Below, one piece after another: positions 20,132-30,119 of a stretch of 64,000 bases of DNA (position 1 is its first letter; the number at the start of each line of letters is the position of its first letter). The notes under the pieces were generated by a model that was not told where the DNA came from, did no database searches, and saw only the letters and a program-made list of their open reading frames with translations. The stretch spans positions 2,144,001 through 2,208,000 of the forward strand of contig CAWCKH010000004.1 in NCBI GenBank assembly GCA_963796055.1, read 5' to 3'. Position numbers and translations under genes: made by a program. The stretch comes from an uncultured delta proteobacterium. GTDB taxonomy: Bacteria; Myxococcota; Myxococcia; Myxococcales; Myxococcaceae.

Positions 20132-20854
20132 ATGCGTCCCATGCGCCGGGGTTTCCGGCCTGTCCTTCCAGGTCTGCAGGGGGTTGCCGCGTGGCTGGCG
20201 GTGGCGCTGATCGCCGGTTCGGTGGTGTACGCCCTCACCCGCGACGGCCTGGGCGCGCTGCTGCTCCTGGTCCCGGGCGCGGTGCTGCGCGGCTACCTGT
20301 GGCAGCCGCTGACCTACGGCTTCGTGGAGAACTCCCCGCTGGGCGTCATCTTCGGGGCGCTCATCCTCTGGCAGCTCGGTGGGGCGCTGGAGCAGACGTG
20401 GGGTTCCCGGCGGATGGCGCTCTTCGCCCTGGGCACCACCGTGCTCGCCGGAATCCTCACCGTGCTCCTGGCGCTGGTCGTCCCGGCGCTGCGCCTCATT
20501 CCCTTCCCGGGGGGCTTTGTCATGGGCTCGGCGCTCTGGGTCGCGTACGGGCTGAGCTTCGGGCGGCGTCAGACCAACTTCTGGGGACTGCCGGTGAGCG
20601 GCAACGTGTTCGCGCTGATCGGCGTGGGGTTCGTCTTCCTGAGCGGCGCCTTCTCCAGCTTCCTCTACGTCGTTCCGTCCGCCGTGGCGCTCCTGCTGAC
20701 CTGGGCATACCTGCGGGTGGGTGGCCCCTCGGACTGGTTCCTCCGCTTCCAGAGCTGGAGGCTGCAGCGACAGCTCCGCTCCCGCAGCAAGCACCTCACC
20801 CTGGTCAGCCCCGACCGGAACACCCCCCGGGATTCCGACCGTTTCCTCCAGTGA
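20132..20854 (+). CDS. Rhomboid-like membrane protein, probably non-catalytic
   Basis: LWQPLTY, G..LE..WG motifs and about 6 TMs; no GxSG or catalytic His seen. Confidence 0.75.
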   Translation: MRPMRRGFRPVLPGLQGVAAWLAVALIAGSVVYALTRDGLGALLLLVPGAVLRGYLWQPLTYGFVENSPLGVIFGALILWQLGGALEQTWGSRRMALFALGTTVLAGILTVLLALVVPALRLIPFPGGFVMGSALWVAYGLSFGRRQTNFWGLPVSGNVFALIGVGFVFLSGAFSSFLYVVPSAVALLLTWAYLRVGGPSDWFLRFQSWRLQRQLRSRSKHLTLVSPDRNTPRDSDRFLQ

Positions 20855-20955
20855 GACGGTCTGTTTCACGATGGAATCGTTGAATCGCGTGAGTGGGGGA
20901 GGCATCCAAGGGCCCGACTTCTCGTTCAGCCACCCTCGTTTTTTGGAGACACCCG

Positions 20956-21546
20956 ATGCGCTCGTTCGTTGCCCTCGCCGCTCTCGTTGCCCTGCCCGCA
21001 GCCGCCTCGACGTGGGACATCGACCCCGCCCACACCGAGAGCTCCTTCGTCGTGAGGCACATGATGGTGTCCAACGTCCGCGGTCAGTTCGGAAAGACCA
21101 CCGGCGTCGTCCAGCAGGACGACAAGGACGTCACCAAGAGCTCGGCGCAGATCACCATCGACACCACCACCATCGACACCCGCGAGCCGAAGCGCGACGC
21201 GCACCTCAAGTCGCCCGATTTCTTCGACGTGGAGAAGTTCCCGACCATCACCTTCAAGTCGACGAAGATCGTCAAGGGCGAGGGCAACACCCTCAAGGTG
21301 ACCGGTGACCTGACCATTCACGGGGTGACCAAGCCGGTGGTGCTCAACGTGGAGCACACCCCCGAGACGCTCGCCGGCGGGAAGATCCGTCGCGGATTCA
21401 CCGCCACGACCAAGATCAACCGGAAGGACTACGGCCTGATGTGGAACAAGACCATCGAGGCCGGCGGGGTCCTGGTCGGCGACGACGTGACGATCACGGT
21501 GGAGGGGGAGCTGATCAAGCAGGGCCCGCCCTCCGCGTCGAACTAG
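20956..21546 (+). CDS. yceI: YceI-family periplasmic lipid/polyisoprenoid-binding protein
   Basis: WDIDPAH...F.VRHMM, RDAHLKSPDFFD, GDLTIHGVTK, INRKDYG. Confidence 0.93.
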   Translation: MRSFVALAALVALPAAASTWDIDPAHTESSFVVRHMMVSNVRGQFGKTTGVVQQDDKDVTKSSAQITIDTTTIDTREPKRDAHLKSPDFFDVEKFPTITFKSTKIVKGEGNTLKVTGDLTIHGVTKPVVLNVEHTPETLAGGKIRRGFTATTKINRKDYGLMWNKTIEAGGVLVGDDVTITVEGELIKQGPPSASN

Positions 21547-21559
21547 ACGTCCTGCCGCT

Positions 21560-23920
21560 TCAGGCGGCGGTGATCGACGCGATTCCTGCCCGGAAGACGT
21601 AGATCCGGGCGGTGTGCGTGCGGGTGTCGGCAGGGACGAGGAAGAAGCCCTGCTCCCCTGCGTCGACGTCCTCGGAGAAGCCGACGATCTGCCGGCCGTC
21701 GGCGAAGCCCACGCGGATGCGCCTGCCCGCCGAGGGAAGCGGCGCGGTCCCGGGCTCCTGCATGAAGAAGATGGCCTTCACCCGCTCGGCGGCGATGGCC
21801 TCCGGCGGCCGGCCGGGCTGGGCGAGCCGGATGACGGGGTCCAGCAGATCCAGGTCCTTCACCGTGCCCCGGCGGACCTGACCCTCCAGCGTGTGGAGCA
21901 CCACCCGGTGCTCTCCCTCGACGAAGGTCGGGCTGAGGTAGGTCTGTCCGAAGACCTCGGACCCCGTCGCCACGTCGGTGGCGGGCATCGGCGTCGGCTC
22001 CGGGGGGAGCTCCTCTGCGCCGTCCATCACGTCGAGCGGAGCGGGGGTGAGCAGCAGGGCCTGCGGTCGGCCGAACGGGCCACTCCGGCCGAACTGATGG
22101 GCGAGCTGCGGCGGCTCGGGCACCGCGGCGGCGAGCACAGGAAGACGGCGTCCATCGTCGCCCAGCACGTACGCCGCGGCGGGAGGCGGAGGGGGAACGC
22201 TGGCGCGTGCGGCGCCTCCGCCCGTGGGCGCCGGCGGGATCCGGCGCGCGGGCGAGGCCTCGGGTGGAGAGGCCGGCGGAGGCGCCGTGGCAGCCTGGGC
22301 AGACCTCGGCGATTGCACCGCCGGGGCTGCGGGCCGTTTCGGCGGAACGGGCGCCGGCCGGGTCTCGGGAGCGGCGGCCACCACCGGCCGCGACGGGGGC
22401 GGCGGCCTGGGGAGCACGATGCGCGGCGCCGCCGGTGCGGGGGGCGGGGGCGCGGGCTCCGGCTCGAGGTCGGGCACCTCCTCGAGGGGCGCCTGCTGGA
22501 ACGTCTGCGGTTCGGCCGCGAGCTCGGCCTCGGTGGCCTGCAGCTCCTCGGGAGCGAAGGTGGGAGCGTCGCCCTGGTCGTCGAAGGCGAGCGCGCGGGG
22601 GTCCTCGGGCTGGGCGCCCACGAACTCGTGGAGCGCGGCGAGAGGGAGGGGATCCGCGGGCTCGCCACCGAGCTCCGGCTCCCGGTCCTCGGGCTGGGCG
22701 CCCACGAACTCGTGGAGCGCGGCGAGAGGGAGGGGATCCGCGGGCTCGCCACCGAGCTCCGGCTCAGCCGGAGGCTCGGCTTCGAGCAGGACCACATCCG
22801 CCGAGGACAGCTCGATCGGTGCGCCGTCGTCCGGGCCGGCGAACTCGGCGGCCGGGTCGGCCAGGTCGAGGGGTGTCGCCCCGAGGTCCTCGGGGATGAG
22901 CGGTTCGGGGGGGACCAGGACCGCGCCCCACGCCGGCGCTTCCGGCTCCACTGCAGGGCTGGCGTCCTGGGCGGCCTCGACCGCGGCGGCGTCGATGCGC
23001 TCGGCGAGGGTCAGCCGCCGGGGCGGGGTGGACGGCTCGGGTTCCGCCGGCAGTGACTCGAGCGGGGCCTCCGGCGCGACCGGGGCGGGCTCCGCCGAGG
23101 GGAGGAGCTCGAGCACCGCCGCCCCGGGCTCCTCTGCCGCGGCCTGTTCGCCGGCCCAGGCTTCCTCCGACGGGAGCGGAGCATCGGCCGGCTCCGCCGC
23201 GGGCGGGAGTGGCTGGAGCTGGTCCTGCGCCTCGAGGTTCCGGAGGCTCGTGCCCGGCTCGACGGCCGGGAGCGCCTCGAGCTCGGGCTCCATCGACGGC
23301 GTGGTCGCCTCGGCGAAGGCGCGCATCTCGATGGCCGGGTCGGTCGTGGCGTCGGAGGTCACCTCGGCCAGCGGCACCGGTGCCGGCTCGGCGGTGAATG
23401 TCGGCGGCTCCAGAGGTGGCAGTGTCGTCGCCGGGCTGACCTCCGACGCCAGCGCTCGACCGGGCTCGGTGGGGCGCTCTGGCTCGAGGTCGGGCAGGAT
23501 CGTCGTGGTCGAGAGCTCAGGGGCCGGCGCGAGCGCCTCCACTGCCACGGTCGCGTCCGTCCCGGGCAGCTCGACGGCCGGCTCCGGCGCTCCCATCTCC
23601 AACGTCGGAAGCGCGGCCGGCTCGGGCGCGTCCAGGCGTGGGAGCGGGGCCGGTTGGGTGGGCGGAGGCGGAGCCGCCGGGCCCGACGGGACGGCGATAC
23701 GGGGCGCTTGCGGCGTCGGCGTGGGGGCCGCCGGACGTGCAGGCGCAGCCGTGCCGACGGGCTGGGTGCCGTCGGTCCGGGCCTCTGACGGCTCGGACGG
23801 CAACCCGAGTCTCTCCCGCAACTCGGCGAGCCGGCCCCGCTCCTGCTCGGTGAGACCCTGGGTGCTTCGCTTCTCGCTGAGGGAGCGCAGCTCGCGGATG
23901 GCCGCGCGCGTGTCGGACAT
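21560..23920 (-). CDS. Long Pro/Glu/Ala-rich disordered protein with small folded C-terminal domain (DUF6982-like)
   Basis: N-terminal helix, about 600 aa low complexity, C-terminal RVVLHTLEG...KAIFF...F.DGR...G...GFFLVPAD. Confidence 0.7.
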   Translation of the reverse strand: MSDTRAAIRELRSLSEKRSTQGLTEQERGRLAELRERLGLPSEPSEARTDGTQPVGTAAPARPAAPTPTPQAPRIAVPSGPAAPPPPTQPAPLPRLDAPEPAALPTLEMGAPEPAVELPGTDATVAVEALAPAPELSTTTILPDLEPERPTEPGRALASEVSPATTLPPLEPPTFTAEPAPVPLAEVTSDATTDPAIEMRAFAEATTPSMEPELEALPAVEPGTSLRNLEAQDQLQPLPPAAEPADAPLPSEEAWAGEQAAAEEPGAAVLELLPSAEPAPVAPEAPLESLPAEPEPSTPPRRLTLAERIDAAAVEAAQDASPAVEPEAPAWGAVLVPPEPLIPEDLGATPLDLADPAAEFAGPDDGAPIELSSADVVLLEAEPPAEPELGGEPADPLPLAALHEFVGAQPEDREPELGGEPADPLPLAALHEFVGAQPEDPRALAFDDQGDAPTFAPEELQATEAELAAEPQTFQQAPLEEVPDLEPEPAPPPPAPAAPRIVLPRPPPPSRPVVAAAPETRPAPVPPKRPAAPAVQSPRSAQAATAPPPASPPEASPARRIPPAPTGGGAARASVPPPPPAAAYVLGDDGRRLPVLAAAVPEPPQLAHQFGRSGPFGRPQALLLTPAPLDVMDGAEELPPEPTPMPATDVATGSEVFGQTYLSPTFVEGEHRVVLHTLEGQVRRGTVKDLDLLDPVIRLAQPGRPPEAIAAERVKAIFFMQEPGTAPLPSAGRRIRVGFADGRQIVGFSEDVDAGEQGFFLVPADTRTHTARIYVFRAGIASITAA
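22600..22765. repeat. Perfect 82-bp direct repeat, period 84 (in-frame 28-aa duplication)
   Basis: 22600-22681 equals 22684-22765; encodes EPELGGEPADPLPLAALHEFVGAQPED twice. Confidence 0.92.
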
Positions 23921-24117
23921 CTGTCCGATGGAGTGTACCGCGGCAAAGCCGGATGGATGAAACGAACCGACGGCTCGGGGGAACAGGCGTGTTGAAGCCG
24001 TAACGCAACCCTTCACACGGGCAACCGTCACCCACCTGCGCCTTGTTTCGAACCCTGTGGTGCGCCAGAAACGGGCCGTCGGCCCATCGGCGCCGTTTCC
24101 CCACATCGGGAGTTCCA

Positions 24118-26169
24118 GTGCCCCAGTCAGGAATCGAGAAGCTCGCGATCGACACCATCCGCACCCTGTCGATCGATGCCGTGCAGAAGGCGAACTCGGG
24201 ACACCCCGGCGCGCCCATGGCCCTCGCCCCGGTCGCCTACGCGCTCTGGCAGAACGTGCTGCGCTACGACCCGGCCGACCCCACCTGGCCGAACCGCGAT
24301 CGGTTCGTGCTCTCCAACGGGCACGCCTCGATGCTGCTCTACTCGGTGCTCCACCTCACCGGCGTGCGCCAGGTGGACCGCGATGGCCGCGTGCTGGACT
24401 CGCCGGCCGTCTCGCTCGACGAGATCAAGTCGTTCCGCCAGCTCGGAAGCCGGACGCCCGGCCACCCGGAGTACGGCCTCACCACAGGCGTCGAGGCGAC
24501 CACAGGTCCACTCGGTCAGGGCGCGGCGAACTCCGTGGGGATGGCCCTGGCCTCCCGTTGGCTCGGTGCGCGCTACAACCGGCCGGGTCTCACGCTCTTC
24601 GACTTCGACGTCTACGCCATCCTGGGCGACGGCTGCATGATGGAGGGCATCTCTTCCGAGGCCGCCTCGCTGGCCGGGCATCTGAACATCCCCAACCTCT
24701 GCTGGCTCTACGACAACAACCACGTCTCGCTCGACGGGCAGCTCGCGCTCTCCTTCAACGAGGACGTGCCGGAGCGGTTCGAGGCCTACGGCTGGGCGAC
24801 CACCCACGTCACCGACGCCAACGACCTCGGGCAGCTGGCCAAGGCGCTCCAGTTCTTCAAGCAGCAGCGGAGGCCGACGCTGATCGTCGTCGACTCCCAC
24901 ATCGGCTACGGCAGCCCGAAGAAGCAGGACACCAGCGCCGCCCATGGCGAGCCGCTGGGCGAGGATCAGGTCCGGGCCGCGAAGAAGAACTACGGCTGGC
25001 CCGAGGATGCCCAGTTCCTGGTCCCCGACGGGGTCCGGGAGCACTTCCAGCAGGGCATCGGCACGCGGGGGCGAAAGCTCCGGCAGGAATGGGAGGCCCT
25101 TCGCGAGCGGCACCGGAAGGAGTTTCCCGAGCTGGCGAAGGAGCTGGATCTCATCGACCGCGTCGACCTCCCGCCCGGATGGGACAGCGAGCTCCCGGTC
25201 TTCCCCGCAGACCCCAAGGGAATGGCCACCCGTGAGTCGTCGGGACAGGTGCTGAATTCCCTCGCGAAGAAGATCCCCTGGCTGCTCGGCGGCGCGGCCG
25301 ACCTCAGCGGCTCGACCAAGGTGACGCTCAAGGGCGAGGTGAACCTCGACGTCGAGCACCCCGGAGGACGGAACATCTATTACGGCGTCCGCGAGCATGC
25401 GATGGGCGCCATCGTCAACGGGATGGTGCTGAGCAAGCTCCGGGCGTTCGGGAGCACCTTCCTCACCTTCACCGATTACATGCGCACGCCTATCCGCCTC
25501 TCCTCGCTGATGGAGATCCCGGCCTTCCACGTGATGACCCACGACTCCATCGGCCTCGGGGAGGACGGGCCGACCCATCAGCCCATCGAGCAGCTCGCCT
25601 CTCTCCGGGCCGTACCTGGCCTTCTGGTGCTCCGTCCGGGTGATGCGAACGAGGTCGCCGAGTGCTACCGGGTGGTGATGGAGAGCCGGCACCACTCGTC
25701 CATCCTCAGCCTGAGCCGGCAGGCGCTCCCCACGTTCGACCGGACACGCTATGCGCCGGCGAGCGGTACGCGGAAGGGCGCCTACGTCCTCGCCGATGCC
25801 GAGGGCGGCAAGCCCGAGGTTCTTCTGATGGCCACCGGAAGCGAGGTCCGGCTGGTGGTGGAGGCCTACGAGATGCTGAAGGCCGAAGGCATCCGGGCCC
25901 GGGCGATCAGCATGCCGTGCTGGGAGCTGTTCGAGCAGCAGCCCCCGGAGTACCGCGAGTCGGTGCTCCCCTCCTCGGTGACGGCGCGCGTGGCGGTGGA
26001 GCAGGCGGCGACCTTTGGCTGGGCGGCGTACACCGGGCCCACCGGGAAGATCATCGGAATGACGACCTTCGGGGCCTCTGCGCCGCTGAAGGACCTCCTC
26101 CCGCACTTCGGCTTCACCACCGAGCACGTGGTGGCGGCGGCGAAGGAGCAGCTCGAAAGGGCCAGGTGA
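24118..26169 (+). CDS. tkt: Transketolase
   Basis: SGHPG, RDRFVLSNGH, TPGHPE, GDGCMMEG TPP motif, THDSIGLGEDGPTHQ. Confidence 0.97.
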   Translation: MPQSGIEKLAIDTIRTLSIDAVQKANSGHPGAPMALAPVAYALWQNVLRYDPADPTWPNRDRFVLSNGHASMLLYSVLHLTGVRQVDRDGRVLDSPAVSLDEIKSFRQLGSRTPGHPEYGLTTGVEATTGPLGQGAANSVGMALASRWLGARYNRPGLTLFDFDVYAILGDGCMMEGISSEAASLAGHLNIPNLCWLYDNNHVSLDGQLALSFNEDVPERFEAYGWATTHVTDANDLGQLAKALQFFKQQRRPTLIVVDSHIGYGSPKKQDTSAAHGEPLGEDQVRAAKKNYGWPEDAQFLVPDGVREHFQQGIGTRGRKLRQEWEALRERHRKEFPELAKELDLIDRVDLPPGWDSELPVFPADPKGMATRESSGQVLNSLAKKIPWLLGGAADLSGSTKVTLKGEVNLDVEHPGGRNIYYGVREHAMGAIVNGMVLSKLRAFGSTFLTFTDYMRTPIRLSSLMEIPAFHVMTHDSIGLGEDGPTHQPIEQLASLRAVPGLLVLRPGDANEVAECYRVVMESRHHSSILSLSRQALPTFDRTRYAPASGTRKGAYVLADAEGGKPEVLLMATGSEVRLVVEAYEMLKAEGIRARAISMPCWELFEQQPPEYRESVLPSSVTARVAVEQAATFGWAAYTGPTGKIIGMTTFGASAPLKDLLPHFGFTTEHVVAAAKEQLERAR

Positions 26170-26255
26170 GCGCCGTGAGACACCAGGAGCGCCGCGAGGG
26201 GCGGGTGGGCAAGGTCAAGGCGCCGGAACGGCGCTGGTCGAAGGAGCAGCGATGA
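26166..26255 (+). pseudogene. 29-codon mini-ORF, probable deletion relic of rpiB
   Basis: GTG overlaps tkt stop, TGA overlaps tal ATG; QERREGRVGKVKAPE resembles the RpiB C-terminal RH.RR..K helix. Confidence 0.5.
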
Positions 26256-27382
26256 ATCCACTTCTGCAACTGGCCGAGCTGGGCCAGAGCATCTGGCTCG
26301 ACTACATGCGGCGGGACCTGGTCACCGGCGGAGAGCTGCAGAAGCTCATCCGCGAGGACGGCCTCAAGGGTCTCACCTCGAACCCCACCATCTTCCAGAA
26401 GGCGGTGGAGAGCAGCAATCTCTACGACGACCTCTTCGCCGAGTGGGCTTCCAAGAAGGCGAGCCCGGGCGAGGTCTTCGAGGCCCTGGCGGTCCGGGAC
26501 ATCCGCGACGCCACCCGCATCTTCCGCCCGGTCTGGGAAGAGACACGGCACCGTGACGGGTACTCGTCGATCGAGGTCTCGCCCACCCTGGCCCACGACA
26601 CCGAAGGGTCGCTGACCGAGGCCCGGCGCCTGTGGAAGGCCCTCTCGGTCCCCAACGTGATGATCAAGATCCCCGGGACGAAGGAGGGAGTGCCGGCGAT
26701 CGAGCAGGCCATCTCCGAGGGGATCAACGTCAACGTCACCCTGCTCTTCAGCCAGGAAGCCTACGTGCAGGTGGCCGAGGCCTACATCCGGGGGCTGGAG
26801 AAGCGGGCCGCGCGCGGCGAGGACGTCTCCCAGCTCGCCTCGGTGGCCAGCTTCTTCGTCAGCCGCATCGATTCTCTGGTGGAGAAGATCATCGCCCAGC
26901 GGGGAAAGGCCGGCGCCACCCCGGAGCAGAAGCGGCTGTTCGACCAGGTGATGGGGAAGGTGGCCATCGCCAACGCCAAGCAGGCCTACCAGCGGTACTT
27001 GAAGCTGTACTCCGGCGCGCGCTGGAAGGCGCTGGCGGACAAGGGCGCGCAGACGCAGCGAGTGCTCTGGGCCAGCACCGGGACGAAGAATCCGAAGTAC
27101 TCGGACGTGCTCTATGTCGAGGAGCTGATCGGCCCGGAGACCGTGAACACCGTTCCCCCGGCGACGCTGGACGTCTTCCGCGACCATGGCAAGCCCCGGC
27201 GCACGCTGGACCAGGGGCTGGACGAGGCCGACGCCACGATGCGGGCGCTGGAGAAGGCGGGCATCTCGATGAAGGAGGTCACCGACCAGCTGGTGGTCGA
27301 GGGCGTCAAGTCCTTCGCCGACAGCTTCCAGGCGCTGCTCACCGCGGTGGGCGCCCGGGTGGCTGTCGGAGGCAAGCGGTGA
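26252..27382 (+). CDS. tal: Transaldolase
   Basis: GQSIWLD, GLTSNPTIF, MIKIPGT, NVNVTLLFS, VASFFVSRID, LWASTGTK. Confidence 0.96.
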   Translation: MNPLLQLAELGQSIWLDYMRRDLVTGGELQKLIREDGLKGLTSNPTIFQKAVESSNLYDDLFAEWASKKASPGEVFEALAVRDIRDATRIFRPVWEETRHRDGYSSIEVSPTLAHDTEGSLTEARRLWKALSVPNVMIKIPGTKEGVPAIEQAISEGINVNVTLLFSQEAYVQVAEAYIRGLEKRAARGEDVSQLASVASFFVSRIDSLVEKIIAQRGKAGATPEQKRLFDQVMGKVAIANAKQAYQRYLKLYSGARWKALADKGAQTQRVLWASTGTKNPKYSDVLYVEELIGPETVNTVPPATLDVFRDHGKPRRTLDQGLDEADATMRALEKAGISMKEVTDQLVVEGVKSFADSFQALLTAVGARVAVGGKR

Positions 27383-29094
27383 GTGCGGTCGATGGCATCG
27401 CCCTCCAGCTCCCGGCGGAGCTGAAGGCGGAGGTGGACCGCACCCTGGCCGAGTGGGACCAGGGCAAGAAGATGCAGCGCCTCTGGGACCGGGACGCCTC
27501 GCTGTGGACGGGGCAGGACGAGGCGAAGTGGCTCGGCTGGCTGGACATCGTCGACCCCGGGAGCCCGGTGAGCCCGGAGCTGGGAAGCTTCCTCCAGTCG
27601 ATCGCCCAGGACCGCTTCAGCCAAGCCCTGGTGCTCGGCATGGGCGGCAGCTCTCTGTGCCCCGAGGTGATGGCCCAGACCTACGGGCCGGTGAGGGGCA
27701 ACCCCGAGCTGCTGGTGCTCGACTCGACCGATCCGGTCCAGGTCGAGTCGTTCGCCCGTCGGGTCGATCCGGCGCGCACGCTGTTCATCGTCTCCAGCAA
27801 GAGCGGGAGCACGCTCGAGCCGAACATCTTCTTCCAGTTCTTCTGGGCGAGGGCGGTGGAGGCGGTGGGGCAGGAGAAGGCCGGGCGGCACTTCGTGGCC
27901 GTCACCGACCCGGGGTCGAAGATGGAGCAGGTGGCGAAGGAGCACCGTTTCCGGGCCATCTTCCCCGGACGCCCGAGCGTAGGCGGTCGCTATTCGGCGC
28001 TCTCCAACTTCGGCCTGGTCCCGGCCGGGGTGATGGGCGTGGACCTCCCGCGGTTCCTCGGCAACACGCTGGCCATGGTGCAGGCCTGCGCGGGCTCGGT
28101 GCCGGCGTCGAGGAACCCCGGTGGGCTCCTCGGAGCGGTGCTGGGCACTCTGGGCAAGGGAGGCCGCAACAAGGTGACGCTGGTCGCGAGCCCGGGCATC
28201 GGGGACGTGGGCGCGTGGCTGGAGCAGCTGATCGCCGAGTCGACGGGGAAGCAGGGCAAGGGGCTCATCCCGGTGGATCGCGAGGCGCTCGGCGGGCCGG
28301 AGAAGTACGGCCAGGACCGGATCTTCGCCTACCTCCGCCTCGAGTCGGCGCCGGACCAGGGCCAGGACCGGGGCGTGGACGCGCTGGCGAGGGCGGGGCA
28401 ACCGGTGGTGCGCATCCCCGTCCAGGAGCCCTACTCGCTCGGGCAGGAGTTCTTCCGCTGGGAGATCGCCACCGCGGTGGCGGGCGCAATCCTGGGCATC
28501 AACCCGTTCGACCAGCCGGACGTCGAGGCGAGCAAGATCGAGACGCGGAAGCTGACCGAGGCGTACGAGAAGACTGGCGCGCTCCCCGAGGAGCGGCCGT
28601 TCCTCGAGGACGGGCCGGTGGCGCTGTTCGCCGATCCGGCCAACACGCAGGCGCTCCAGGGCGGCGAGTCGTTCCCCGAGGTGCTCCGGACGCACCTCGG
28701 CCGGCTGAAGGCCGGTGACTACCTCGGGCTGCTGGCCTACGTCCCGACGTTCCCGGAGAACGAGGCGGTGCTCCAGGCGGGACGCATCCGGGTGCGGGAC
28801 GCGAGGAAGGTGGCCACCTGTCTCGGATTCGGGCCGCGGTTCCTGCACTCCACCGGCCAGGCCTACAAGGGTGGGCCCAACACCGGCGTGTTCCTGCAGG
28901 TCACCTGTGAGGATCCGGTGCAGCTCCCCGTCCCGGGCCAGAAGTTCTCGTTTGGTCTGGTGAAGGCGGCGCAGGCCCGGGGCGACTTCGAGGTGCTCGC
29001 GGCGCGCAAGCGGCGGGCGCTGCGGGTGCACCTCCGGGGTCCACTCGAGGCGGCGCTCCGGGCGCTGCGCGAGGCCATCGACCAGGCGGTCTGA
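27379..29094 (+). CDS. pgi: Glucose-6-phosphate isomerase (type found in Tal-Pgi fusions)
   Basis: [44 protein letters not shown] overlap with tal. Confidence 0.92.
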   Translation: MSAVDGIALQLPAELKAEVDRTLAEWDQGKKMQRLWDRDASLWTGQDEAKWLGWLDIVDPGSPVSPELGSFLQSIAQDRFSQALVLGMGGSSLCPEVMAQTYGPVRGNPELLVLDSTDPVQVESFARRVDPARTLFIVSSKSGSTLEPNIFFQFFWARAVEAVGQEKAGRHFVAVTDPGSKMEQVAKEHRFRAIFPGRPSVGGRYSALSNFGLVPAGVMGVDLPRFLGNTLAMVQACAGSVPASRNPGGLLGAVLGTLGKGGRNKVTLVASPGIGDVGAWLEQLIAESTGKQGKGLIPVDREALGGPEKYGQDRIFAYLRLESAPDQGQDRGVDALARAGQPVVRIPVQEPYSLGQEFFRWEIATAVAGAILGINPFDQPDVEASKIETRKLTEAYEKTGALPEERPFLEDGPVALFADPANTQALQGGESFPEVLRTHLGRLKAGDYLGLLAYVPTFPENEAVLQAGRIRVRDARKVATCLGFGPRFLHSTGQAYKGGPNTGVFLQVTCEDPVQLPVPGQKFSFGLVKAAQARGDFEVLAARKRRALRVHLRGPLEAALRALREAIDQAV

Positions 29095-29147
29095 GACGGG
29101 AGCGAGGGCAGTCCTCACCAGGCAGTCGGGAGTCAGGAGCGACAGCA

Positions 29148-30119
29148 ATGCAGATCGGGATGATCGGCCTGGGCCGGATGGGCGGGAACATGGTCCGCCG
29201 GCTGATGAAGGACGGGCACAGCTGCGTGGTGAACGACCGTGGCGCGGACGTGGTGGCGGCGTTCGCCCGGGAGGGTGCCAACCCAGCGAGGAGCCTGGAG
29301 GAGCTGGTCGGCAAGCTCCAGAAGCCGCGCGCGGTGTGGATCATGGTTCCGGCCGGCGCGCCCACCGAGGAGACCGTGCAGTCGCTGGCCAGGCTGCTCG
29401 AGGCCGGGGACACGATCATCGACGGGGGGAACAGCTTCTTCAAGGACGACGTCCGGCGCTCGAAGGAGGTCGGCAAGAAGGGCATCCACTACGTGGACGC
29501 CGGGACCAGCGGCGGGGTGTGGGGCGTCGAGCGCGGCTACTGCCTGATGGTGGGTGGCCCGAAGGAGGCGGTGCAGCGCATCGAGCCGGTGCTCCGGACG
29601 CTCGCCCCGGGCAAGGGCGACATCCCGGCCACGCCCGGCCGCGACGGCAAGAGCACCGCGGAGCTGGGCTACCTCCACTGCGGCCCGTCGGGCGCGGGCC
29701 ACTTCGTGAAGATGGTCCACAACGGCATCGAGTACGGCCTGATGCAGGCCTACGCAGAGGGGTTCGACATCTTCAAGAACGCCGGCTCGGAGCAGCTCCC
29801 CGAGGACATCCGCTACGAGCTGAACATCGCCGACATCGCCGAGCTCTGGCGGCGGGGAAGCGTGGTCTCCAGCTGGCTGCTGGACCTGACCAGCATCGCG
29901 CTGGCGGAGGACCCGAAGCTCGAGGGCTACTCGGGCTTCGTGCAGGACTCGGGCGAGGGCCGGTGGACGGTGCAGGCGGCGGTGGAGGAGGCGGTTCCGG
30001 CCGAGGTGCTGACTGCCGCGCTCTACACCCGCTTCCGCTCCCGGCAGCAGCACACCTTCGCCGAGAAGCTGCTCTCCGCGATGCGAAAACAGTTCGGTGG
30101 CCACGTGGAGCCCAAGTAA
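29148..30119 (+). CDS. gnd: 6-phosphogluconate dehydrogenase (short decarboxylating type)
   Basis: [39 protein letters not shown]. Confidence 0.96.
   Translation: MQIGMIGLGRMGGNMVRRLMKDGHSCVVNDRGADVVAAFAREGANPARSLEELVGKLQKPRAVWIMVPAGAPTEETVQSLARLLEAGDTIIDGGNSFFKDDVRRSKEVGKKGIHYVDAGTSGGVWGVERGYCLMVGGPKEAVQRIEPVLRTLAPGKGDIPATPGRDGKSTAELGYLHCGPSGAGHFVKMVHNGIEYGLMQAYAEGFDIFKNAGSEQLPEDIRYELNIADIAELWRRGSVVSSWLLDLTSIALAEDPKLEGYSGFVQDSGEGRWTVQAAVEEAVPAEVLTAALYTRFRSRQQHTFAEKLLSAMRKQFGGHVEPK

Noticed and set aside
20865..20884. Imperfect palindrome TTCACGATGGAATCGTTGAA upstream of yceI
   Set aside because: Possible operator, but single, imperfect and with no assignable regulator
23921..24117. Riboswitch or ncRNA upstream of tkt (GCAAAGCC word, GTGTTGAAG...CTTCACAC stem)
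   Set aside because: Does not fit the c-di-GMP-I or any other consensus I can recognise; an Rfam/Infernal scan would be needed
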